Source: Planctomycetales bacterium
Lineage (GTDB): Bacteria > Planctomycetota > Phycisphaerae > Sedimentisphaerales > Anaerohalosphaeraceae
Assembly: GCA_022615575.1 (NCBI GenBank)
Contig: JAKEGM010000071.1
Coordinates: forward strand, 12,164-76,163
Direction: 5' to 3'
DNA length: 64,000 bases
Part shown: positions 37,396 through 46,300 of the stretch, piece after piece
Numbering within the stretch: the first letter of the stretch is position 1
Layout: every line of letters begins with the position of its first letter
Made by a program: the position numbers and the translations under genes
The notes under the pieces: model-generated
Database searches by the model: none
Seen by the model: the letters and a program-made list of their open reading frames with translations, nothing else
What the model was told of the DNA's origin: nothing

Positions 37396-39549
37396 TTATT
37401 TTTTCTCGAACAGAACATGTTCGCCGTATTGGCCTGCGGCGCGGTACCGGTTCATCACAAAGTCCCGCAGGGGTTTCATCGCCTCATAGCGGCGGGCTTC
37501 ATCGGGGCCGATTTGCTGTTCAAGAAATCCGGCATAAGACGAATCGAAGGCGGCAATCTCCTGCGGGAGATTGTTCAGAAGCCGCGGCGTGTCGTTGCCG
37601 AACATTTTTACCGGAACGATTGGCCATAACTCCATCGGCGGGCGATTAAAAGGGAAATGCCGCTTGCGGGTATCGACGATAAATTTCGGCGGATTTTTCT
37701 CAAAATCGCGGACCATCCCCTGCGCCGTCCCCGCCAGCTGCCAGGGCGGCATGGTGTGCATGTCGCCTTCGTAGGCCTTGGGCAGCGGGGCCATTCGCTG
37801 GGCGCGGACATAGATGCCGGGCACCCAGCCCCAGACATAGATGGTATCCTGCTCGGTGCTGTGGGTGCGAATATAATCGCCGACGCTCTGCCATGGATAG
37901 GTTGTATCGGCTTTAACGCGGTCAAGGGCATCGGCGAAACCGCGGCGGCGAGGGGCGTTGTTGGCGGTGTAGTCGGCGCCGGTGTCGGGGCTGTATCGCT
38001 GGCCGATAAAAATGGGAACCGACAAACCGGCCAGAACAACGGCGGCAGCGGCGCCCATCATCAGCCAGGGCATTTTATTGGTCGCCGCGGCCAGTGCCTG
38101 ACGCCATTTCCAGACGGCAAAGCCGCTCAGCATCGCCGCCGACGCACACAGCGGCAGATAATACTGCTCGTAGGAATGGGGGCTGACCCAGACCATGGCC
38201 ATATCCGCCAGCCACCACAGCGTCAGCAGCCAAACGATTTTGGATTGGATGCCGGCGGGCGAAGCGCCCTTTCGTAAAAGCGTCGGCATCCAGACGGTGA
38301 TGGCCGCCAGAACCGAGCCAAGCGCCAGCAGGATGGGGACGCACAGGGCCTTGTAGTAGCGGAAAATCTGGGGGGCCAGTTTGCTGAAGGTGATCGCCTG
38401 CCAGCTGTATTCCACATAGCCGCCTTTGAGACCTGCCGCCAGGACCAGCCGATGGATGCCGCCGGTGCAAATGCGATAGGCCTTTGCGGGGATGGCGATC
38501 ATTGGAATCTCGGACAGATAGCCGGCAATATCGCGGACAGCCGGGACGCCGGCATAATCCGATTGCGCGGTGTAGAAGCGCTCAGCCGCGCCGACGGTGG
38601 CTACGCAAAGAATCAACGCCATCAGCAGGGCTGTCCCGCCGCACACCCAGATGAACCGGCGAACCTGCCCCAGACGGCTTAACAGATGCACCTTTCGGGC
38701 ATAATAAACAGCGCAGAACACGGTTGCGGCGGCGGACAGCAGTCCGATGACCATTTGCAGAGCAATGACGGGAAAAGTGTACAAAAACATATCCAGTCGT
38801 TTTTGCCAGATGAACAGGGATGCCGGAACGGCAAGGCCGGCGGCAATGCCGCCCAGAAACAAAAGACCGTCCGTCAGCAGGATTTTCCATCGATGGCTGA
38901 CGCCGCGGTCAATCAGCAGATAAGCGAGGATAGCCAGGACGACAGCAGCGCCGGTGGGCTTGCAGTAGAACGGCAGCACGGCAAAAAAACCGCACACCGG
39001 CATCCAGCCGCGTTTGCGGGTGTCTTCATGCAGCAGAAAACTGCACGCCGCGCCAATTGCCAGGGCGATCATGTACTGTTCCTTGACGTTGCCGAATTTG
39101 GCAATGAGCGGGGCGGACAGATACACCGCCGCAACGGTCGTGCCGACTGCGGCCGCCGTTAAACCGAAGATTTTTCGCAGCGTGTAAAACATAAACGCCA
39201 GTGCGGCGAATTGCATGAGCGTTTGTATTATTTTCGGGCCGGTTTCGCTGAAGCCCATGAGTTTGACCCCGATGGCATTGACCAGCAGCGTTACCGGACT
39301 GGCGGAAGGGACTTCCTCAATTCCCAGCCGGGCGCCGGCGAGCAGATGCTGAGCCGAATAGACATAGGCGCCGCTGTCGAACGGGTCGGGCGACCGGAAT
39401 TCAATATACCGGCCCAGGGCAAACGGAACGCCTCCCAGGAGCAGAGCAAGCAGAATGGCCGCCGGCCGCCCGGCCGGCATGCGCCTGTGCGGCGCGGCGT
39501 TGGGCGCCGGTTGCTGCGGATGCGGGATTTTTGTTCTGCGGCGGGACAT
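37396..39549 (-). CDS. GT-C fold membrane glycosyltransferase (ArnT/PMT-like) with C-terminal periplasmic domain
   Basis: 717 aa with about 12 TM helices. The first-loop region ...RSPDPFDSGAYVYSAQHLL... is like the GT-C DxD/ExD loop. It is adjacent to a polyprenyl-phosphate GT2. Fold assignment is by topology and context. Confidence 0.6.
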   Translation of the reverse strand: MSRRRTKIPHPQQPAPNAAPHRRMPAGRPAAILLALLLGGVPFALGRYIEFRSPDPFDSGAYVYSAQHLLAGARLGIEEVPSASPVTLLVNAIGVKLMGFSETGPKIIQTLMQFAALAFMFYTLRKIFGLTAAAVGTTVAAVYLSAPLIAKFGNVKEQYMIALAIGAACSFLLHEDTRKRGWMPVCGFFAVLPFYCKPTGAAVVLAILAYLLIDRGVSHRWKILLTDGLLFLGGIAAGLAVPASLFIWQKRLDMFLYTFPVIALQMVIGLLSAAATVFCAVYYARKVHLLSRLGQVRRFIWVCGGTALLMALILCVATVGAAERFYTAQSDYAGVPAVRDIAGYLSEIPMIAIPAKAYRICTGGIHRLVLAAGLKGGYVEYSWQAITFSKLAPQIFRYYKALCVPILLALGSVLAAITVWMPTLLRKGASPAGIQSKIVWLLTLWWLADMAMVWVSPHSYEQYYLPLCASAAMLSGFAVWKWRQALAAATNKMPWLMMGAAAAVVLAGLSVPIFIGQRYSPDTGADYTANNAPRRRGFADALDRVKADTTYPWQSVGDYIRTHSTEQDTIYVWGWVPGIYVRAQRMAPLPKAYEGDMHTMPPWQLAGTAQGMVRDFEKNPPKFIVDTRKRHFPFNRPPMELWPIVPVKMFGNDTPRLLNNLPQEIAAFDSSYAGFLEQQIGPDEARRYEAMKPLRDFVMNRYRAAGQYGEHVLFEKK

Positions 39550-39558
39550 AGACGCTCG

Positions 39559-40527
39559 TTATGAAGCAGGGGGCTGGGATTCGATGATTTTGTCAATGAT
39601 GTAGATTGGCCGGTCCTGCGATTCGTGATAGGTCCTTACGAGTATTTCGGCCAGCAGGCCCATCAGAACAAACTGGACCGCCGTGGTCATCAGGATCAGC
39701 GAGACAATCAGCAGCGGGTTGCGGTTCATCGAGTATTCCCGAAACACCTTCATTGCCAGGACGGTAATGCCGGAAATAAAGGACCCGATAAAGCACAGAA
39801 CCCCCAATCCGCCGAAGACATAAATCGGCTTGGTCGAAAACGAAGCCAGAAACTTAATCGTGATAAGGTCCAGGATGACCTTGAAGGTGCGGTTGAGGCC
39901 GTATTTGGTTTTTCCCCGCGTGCGGGGACGGTGGTTGACAACCATCTCGGCAACGCTTTCGCCGCCCCAGCGAGCCAGTGCAGGAATGAAGCGGTGCATT
40001 TCGCCGTACAGGCGGATGGGTTTGAGCGATTCGGCGCGATAGGCCTTGAGGGTGCAGCCGTAATCATGCAGCCGAACGCCGGTGATGCGCCCGATGAACC
40101 AGTTGGCGATGCGCGAGGGAAGCGTCCGCGTGACGGCGTTGTCTTTGCGGTCTTTTCGCCAGCCGCTGACGATGTCGAAACCCTCCCGGAGTTTGCTGAC
40201 CAGCCGGGGGATGTCCGCCGGGTCGTTTTGACCGTCTGCGTCCAGGGGAACGATGATGGCGCCGCGGGCGTGCTTGAAACCGGCGCTGAGGGCGGCGGTC
40301 TGGCCGAAATTTCTGCGAAAGCGGATCAGCCGAACATTCGGCGAGTTCTTCTGTATATCTGTCAGAACGGCGAAACTCTTATCGGCGCTTCCGTCATCGA
40401 CAAAGAGGATTTCGTAGTGAAAATCTTTTAAGGCCTGTACGATTTCACCATGGAGCATGGCCAGGTTTTCCTCTTCATTGAACACCGGTATCACTATTGA
40501 TAACGCGGGTTGTTCAGGTTGTGTCAT
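39559..40527 (-). CDS. Polyprenyl-phosphate glycosyltransferase (GT2; GtrB/ArnC/DPM1-like)
   Basis: LSIVIPVFNEEENL, FVDDGSADKS, RRNFGQTAALSAGF, PLDADGQNDP, plus two C-terminal TM helices. AGGAG SD upstream. Confidence 0.85.
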   Translation of the reverse strand: MTQPEQPALSIVIPVFNEEENLAMLHGEIVQALKDFHYEILFVDDGSADKSFAVLTDIQKNSPNVRLIRFRRNFGQTAALSAGFKHARGAIIVPLDADGQNDPADIPRLVSKLREGFDIVSGWRKDRKDNAVTRTLPSRIANWFIGRITGVRLHDYGCTLKAYRAESLKPIRLYGEMHRFIPALARWGGESVAEMVVNHRPRTRGKTKYGLNRTFKVILDLITIKFLASFSTKPIYVFGGLGVLCFIGSFISGITVLAMKVFREYSMNRNPLLIVSLILMTTAVQFVLMGLLAEILVRTYHESQDRPIYIIDKIIESQPPAS

Positions 40528-40717
40528 AACCGGCTCCTAAATATAAGTACCTGCGACAGTTCGGTAAATTCTACCGGTTGTCTCTGATTCTGTAAAGAGT
40601 TATCTTTAATAGACCGAAAAGACAGTTGCCAATCCGTTGGTTTTTGGTAAACTTTGCCGTTATCGGCATATTCAAAACAGAAATTAGGGTCAAAATTGAA
40701 TTAAAGGACAATCAGGT

Positions 40718-41875
40718 ATGAGACGGTACAAAACGAGGCGGCTGAGTGTTGTTTTTTTTGCGGTTTTTATGATGTGGCAGCTTGCAGGATGTCAGCAGGG
40801 CGAATCGACAACCGCCAAATTGGAGACCAAGCCAGCCCAACCGGCCCCGGTCGAAACCCCGAAGACGCCTGCCCAGACCGTTCCCGTTCAGGCGGCTCCG
40901 GCTACGCCGGCGGTTGCTCCTGAAAATGCGCCTGTCATCCAGGTCGGGAATTCATCGGTCAATTTTGGTCAAGTCGGACCGAACTCCATTCACAAGGCCA
41001 CCTATGATTTTACCAATTCAGGGAAAACGGTTCTGTCTGTTGCCAATATACAAAGCACCTGCGGCTGTTCCATGCCGGCGCTGACTAAAGACGGCCAGAA
41101 ATATCCGGCCCCCCTGAAAGAACCCATTTTATATGAGCCGGGCCAATCGGGACAGGTGGAAGTTACCTTCACGGCCCCGGCGGTCAAAGGGTCAACGACC
41201 AAGCACCTTTACATTGTCAGCAATGACCCCGCAAAGCCCCGTGCCGAACTGTCGCTTACGGCGGAAGTTATGGTTAAAGTGTCCGTCAGCCCGGAAAGCG
41301 TAAATTTGCGTTTCGACCAGGAAAATGCGGGAATGTCCACCCTTACGGTTAAAAGTACGGACGGACAGGAATTCTCAATCATGTCGGCCTCGATTGCCAA
41401 CGGCGTGATGACGGTGCCTTTCGACGCCGGCGTTAAAAAGACCGAATTTGTTCTGGAGCCGACGGTTAATCTTGATAAGCTCAAAAAATTCAATACCGGA
41501 GTCATCCAGATTAAGACGGACCATCCTCAGGCGGGCATGCTGTTGGTCCGCTACACGGCTCAGCCGGAATACGAGGTTTCCCGTCCGCGGATTATCCTGC
41601 AGAACGTGGAACCGCAAGTCCCTATTGTTAAGGATGTTATCATTCGGAGCAATTATGATAAGGTTGCGGAAGTAGCATCCGTTAAATCCCGTAACGGCTA
41701 TATGACGGTCGAAAGTCAGGAACAGGACGGCAAAAATGTCAAGATGATGGTTAAGATTACACCCCCCGACCGGGACTCCAGTGCTCGGCGGTATATCACA
41801 GATGAGTTAATTGTAACCCTCAAAAATGGCGAGGAATTGCCGATTCGCTGCAGCGGCTGGTTCAGGCAGAACTGA
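40718..41875 (+). CDS. DUF1573-domain lipoprotein with Pro-rich linker and further Ig-like repeats
   Basis: Lipobox MMWQLAGC. Pro-rich linker. DUF1573 signature FGQVGPNSIHKATYDFTNSGKTVLSVANIQSTCGCS. Confidence 0.7.
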   Translation: MRRYKTRRLSVVFFAVFMMWQLAGCQQGESTTAKLETKPAQPAPVETPKTPAQTVPVQAAPATPAVAPENAPVIQVGNSSVNFGQVGPNSIHKATYDFTNSGKTVLSVANIQSTCGCSMPALTKDGQKYPAPLKEPILYEPGQSGQVEVTFTAPAVKGSTTKHLYIVSNDPAKPRAELSLTAEVMVKVSVSPESVNLRFDQENAGMSTLTVKSTDGQEFSIMSASIANGVMTVPFDAGVKKTEFVLEPTVNLDKLKKFNTGVIQIKTDHPQAGMLLVRYTAQPEYEVSRPRIILQNVEPQVPIVKDVIIRSNYDKVAEVASVKSRNGYMTVESQEQDGKNVKMMVKITPPDRDSSARRYITDELIVTLKNGEELPIRCSGWFRQN

Positions 41876-42054
41876 TTTTAGCCGAAAAGCACCTGATTGT
41901 TTGAAAATAAACGGCATTTTGACGCCCCTTTTTGGACATTTTTTGGGGAACCGCATTGACGATAAAGTGTCTAATGGGAGTAATAGAAAGGCGAAGTTTG
42001 CCTATAAAGGTATTTTAAGACCCAAAACAGTCAAAAGTCGATTCCGGAGAGCAA

Positions 42055-43281
42055 GTGCTTAAAACCCTGCAAATAACCAGTTTGATTGCGGTGATTCTGG
42101 CGGTATGCGGAGTGGCCGGAATTGTTCTTTGGGGGCTGAAAGGGGACCCCGAGATCCGCGCTCTTATTGACAAGCCCGGCGCGATTGAGGAATTGCAGGC
42201 GACTTTCGGTCAGCAGCAAAAAGGAAAAGAAGACGCAGTATCTCCTTTGGTTTCGCAGGCGAAAAAATTTGCCCTGAGGATTGACCCGCCGCCTCCCCCG
42301 GAACCCCCCAAGCCGAAAGTTGACCCCGCGGTTGCTCGTGCTCAGGCAGCGGCGGCCGGTCCGCCGACTCCGCCGGTGCAGGCCTCTTTGAAGGTTGACC
42401 TGTTGGCCACTGTATGCTATGAAACGGCGCCCGAAAAATCCTTGGCGCTGGTGTCGGCCGGAAGTAAACAGGAATGGTTCCGCCAGGGGGAGAAGGTCGG
42501 CCAGCACGAAGTCAAAGAGATTCGCAACGGCAGTGTGATTTTTACGCAGGGAGGCACCCGGCCGCAGGAGGTCTTTGTCCCGGCCGAGACGGGTATAAAA
42601 TCGCTGCTGAAAAGCGATCAAACAGCTTCGGCGGCGCCGCGCGGCCCCATCCCAGGCCCAAGCCCGATACCGACTCCGGCGATTGCCGCACCGAGTCAGC
42701 CGGCTGAAACCGCTGTCACGGTTTCGCAGGCCGGAGCCGCTCCGGTGGTTCGTTCTTCTGCAACTGCGGATTCGACCCGGGCGGATGTCGCGGAACGCAT
42801 TCGTCGGGTACGTTCAGGAGTGTCCGAACAGGTTCCGCAGGATCCGAATGCGGGGGGTGAACAGGCGCCTCCGGCGCCGGCTCACCGGGAACCAACTCCG
42901 GAGGAACAAAAGGCCTCGGTTGAATCCGCCATTACCGGTATTGAGGGAATAATGAACAGCCAGACGGAAGGCCTTTCAGAAGAAGACCGCCGCAACGAGC
43001 AGAAGATATGGGCGGAACTGTTGGAAACGCTCAAAGCCGAGAAGCAGGCCCTGGAAAAGGCGCCTCCGCCCAAGGAATCGGCCCCGCCCGCGCCTCCCGC
43101 TGTGCCGCAGACCCCGACGGATAAGCCGGCCGTGAAATCGAAGGCGGCCAATGCCGCCCCTGCGCCCGTCAAACGGGTAACGGCGGATTCCGAGGACTCG
43201 GGTTCCGCGGCGGGACCCAAAGAAAACGACCCTGCCCCTCCAAAGCCGGAACATCCGGCCAAGCCAGTGGATGCGGGGTAA
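42055..43281 (+). CDS. Inner-membrane-anchored, Pro-rich GspC/PilP-like protein (putative secretin-interacting component)
   Basis: GTG start. N-terminal TM LQITSLIAVILAVCGVAGIVLWGL. The segment LKVDLLATVCYETAPEKSLALVSAGSKQEWFRQGEKVGQHEVKEIRNGSVIFTQGG resembles the GspC-HR/PilP beta-domain. It lies directly upstream of the secretin. Confidence 0.4.
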   Translation: MLKTLQITSLIAVILAVCGVAGIVLWGLKGDPEIRALIDKPGAIEELQATFGQQQKGKEDAVSPLVSQAKKFALRIDPPPPPEPPKPKVDPAVARAQAAAAGPPTPPVQASLKVDLLATVCYETAPEKSLALVSAGSKQEWFRQGEKVGQHEVKEIRNGSVIFTQGGTRPQEVFVPAETGIKSLLKSDQTASAAPRGPIPGPSPIPTPAIAAPSQPAETAVTVSQAGAAPVVRSSATADSTRADVAERIRRVRSGVSEQVPQDPNAGGEQAPPAPAHREPTPEEQKASVESAITGIEGIMNSQTEGLSEEDRRNEQKIWAELLETLKAEKQALEKAPPPKESAPPAPPAVPQTPTDKPAVKSKAANAAPAPVKRVTADSEDSGSAAGPKENDPAPPKPEHPAKPVDAG

Positions 43282-43391
43282 ATGCCGAATGCCTGTAAAT
43301 TCAATTGCCTTGGATTTGCATGAGGTTTAAACCAGTTAATTAAACAAAGACAACAAAATCAGTAAACGCTAAAGAAATTGTGGAGCCGGAT

Positions 43392-46300
43392 ATGCAGTCG
43401 TTCAAAACAAGGATTGCCGGACAGTGGAAACAATGGCTGATACCGATAGGGCTGTGCCTGCTGGCGGCGATGGGCATCGCCGCATCGAGCGACCCAAGCG
43501 GTGTGCTGCGCAGCCGGGTGTATAAACTCAAGCATATCACCAGCCAGCAGGCCCAGGAATTGTTTTCGCAGCTGGGCATCGGCAAAAGCTACAACACGCT
43601 GACCGGCGATGTCCTGATTGTGACCAGCGATGTCGGATCAGACCTGCTGAAAGCCACTGAAATTATCCCCCTCCTGGATCAGGATCCGCCGGCCCGGATT
43701 CGCGTGCTGATGGTCGGTACGGCTGCGGAACCCCTGCCTTCGCCGGAGGCGCTGACGGCGCGGCTTGCCAAGACGATGACCGTCGGTACAATGACCGACG
43801 CCCCGGTCAGCGGGTCCGCGAAGCCGGCGATTGTTGATGTTGTTGACACAAAACTGATTGCCATCGGCGCCGAGGATGTTTTGAACGAAATCGAAACAGT
43901 TGCGGCCGAATGGAAGAAAGAAAATCAAAAAACGGCTTTACCGACGGAAAACGCGGCGCCGGCGGAGGTGATTGTTGAGCCGAATGTGCCGGCTGAACCA
44001 AATCTGCCGAAGCCCCCCGGGCCCGAAGAACTTGTGCCGCAGCAGGAACCGAATGTGCCGGCTGAACCGAATCTGCCGACCGAACCCAGGCCCGAAGGGC
44101 CTCTGACGCCGCCGGATGCAAACGCGCCTTCGGACCGGCTTCCTGTTCCCCAGGTTCCGGCAGAACAACCCGCCCAGCCGGAGACGGAAGAGGACTTTTT
44201 AAGCGAGGGGCTGATGAAGGCCCTGGCGGATGCCGAAGAAAAGACACCGCCGTCCCCGATCGAAACCCCGAAGACGCCTGCCCAGGCCGTTCCCGTTCAG
44301 GCGGTTCCGGCCGAACCGGTTCAAACACCGGCTGCTGAGCCGACGGAATCATTGCCGGCTCCGATTTTGCCCGTTCCGCAGCCCGGCGGCGAAACGGCCG
44401 CAGAACCCAACGAAGCTGCGCCGGCACAACCGGCGCCAGACGAATCGGACGAGATGAAGGCGCTGCAGGAGTTTATCGAGAAGGTCCAGCGGGAAGAGGC
44501 GGCGATGGCCCAGGAACAGGCGCAAGCCGAGGCGAAGGCCGCCGAACAAGGCGATGAGCGCCCCGCGCAGGAGACCGACCGGGTCAATGCGCTTCAGGCG
44601 GAACTGGCTCAGCTTCGCCAAAAACTGACGGAGCTGGAGACGCAGGCCGCCGCACCCCGGCCGCAAGCCGGCGCTGCGGGGTCCCCGGAGGCCGCTGCGC
44701 CGACAGCCGCACCGGCCGCCAAGCCGCAGGAGAAGGTTCAGTCCCCCGAAGCGGCGCAGATTCCCGCATCGGTTGCCGAAAAGGAACTGGAAACGGTCGT
44801 TGATCTGCCGCAGGAGGTGGAACTGGAATCGCTGGTCGATCTGGTGGGCAAACAGCTTGGCCTCAACTATATGTACGACCCGGCAATTATCAGAGGCCAG
44901 AAGGTTCAGCTCAAGATTCACGGCGGCAAAATCAAGGTCAAAGACACCTACGCCCTGCTCGAATCAGCGCTGCGGTTTAAGGGATATATTATGACCCGCC
45001 GGGACCAGTTGGTGACCATTCTGCAGGCCGGCGAACTGGCTACCAGGGCCGAGCCGACCCTGCGCGGGCCGGACGAACCCATCCAGCCGGGCGACATTGT
45101 GGTCGCCAGTATGTTTGCGCTGAACTACATTGATGCGACATCCGCACAAAATATGCTCAAGACAATGAACCTGGGGGCCAGCTTTACCCCGCTTCCCGAA
45201 ACCAACACCCTGATTGTGACCGATTATGCCTATCGGATGGACCGGATTCGCAAGGTTCTGGAGATGATTGATGTCTCCAGCGCGACCCGGGAGTATAAAT
45301 TCCGCACGCTCAAGTATATGAAGCCCTCAGATATCGTCACCAAGCTCAAAGACCTGGTCGGCCAGCTGCAGGGTGTGTCGCTGCAAATCAGTACCTCTGC
45401 CGCCGCCGGTGCGCAGACCCAAATGCGGACGGTGACCACGCGCAATCCTCAAACCGGTCAGGTGGAAACCAAACAGGTTCCGATTTCGGCGCCGGCAACG
45501 GCTGCTGCGCCGGGCGCGGCGGCGCCGGCGCCCACCGCGGACACGGTCTTTATCGATACGGATGACCGCACCAACCGAATCCTGATTATCGGCAAGGCGG
45601 ACCAAATCACGCTGATTGAGGAATTGGTTGATGTGCTGGATGTGCCGCAATACAACCTCAAATATGTTCGGGAATATATTATCCAGAATGTCGAGGCGGT
45701 CGAAGTGGTCAATGTGCTCAACGAACTGGGTCTGGCCAGCGTAACCGTTTCGATGCCCGCCCCGACGGCGGCGACCGGCCGGACAGCGGCATCGGGGCGC
45801 ACGGCGCAGACGCAAACGCAGCCGCAGACGCCGGAGATGGCGATGTCGCCTCGGACAGGCGCGGCAGGCGCCGCCGGCACGGCCGGAGGCGATCAGCCCT
45901 ATGTGGCGGTTCGTCCGGCGACCAATTCGCTGCTGGTCAACGGCACCGCCGAACAGCACAGCGCCATTGAACTGGTGATTGCACACGTGGATGTGGTGCA
46001 GAAAGACCAGCGGACCATCCGCCAGTACGAGATTCAGTATGTCGATACGCAGGAAATCATCAATACCATGACGGATCTGGGCATGATTGCTCCGCAGACG
46101 ACCACCGGCACGACCGGCATGGATGGACGCGGGACGCGGGGTACGACGTCTGCCCGCAGTACGGCCGTTGCGCAGGCAATGCCTGTTGCCGAAGGGGTTG
46201 CGCCGCCGATGGTGCTGCCGACCGCCGAAGGCGGCTCGGGGGTGGAACTGACCGCCGAGTACCCGCAAATCGCGGTATTGGAAACGACCAACTCGCTGCT

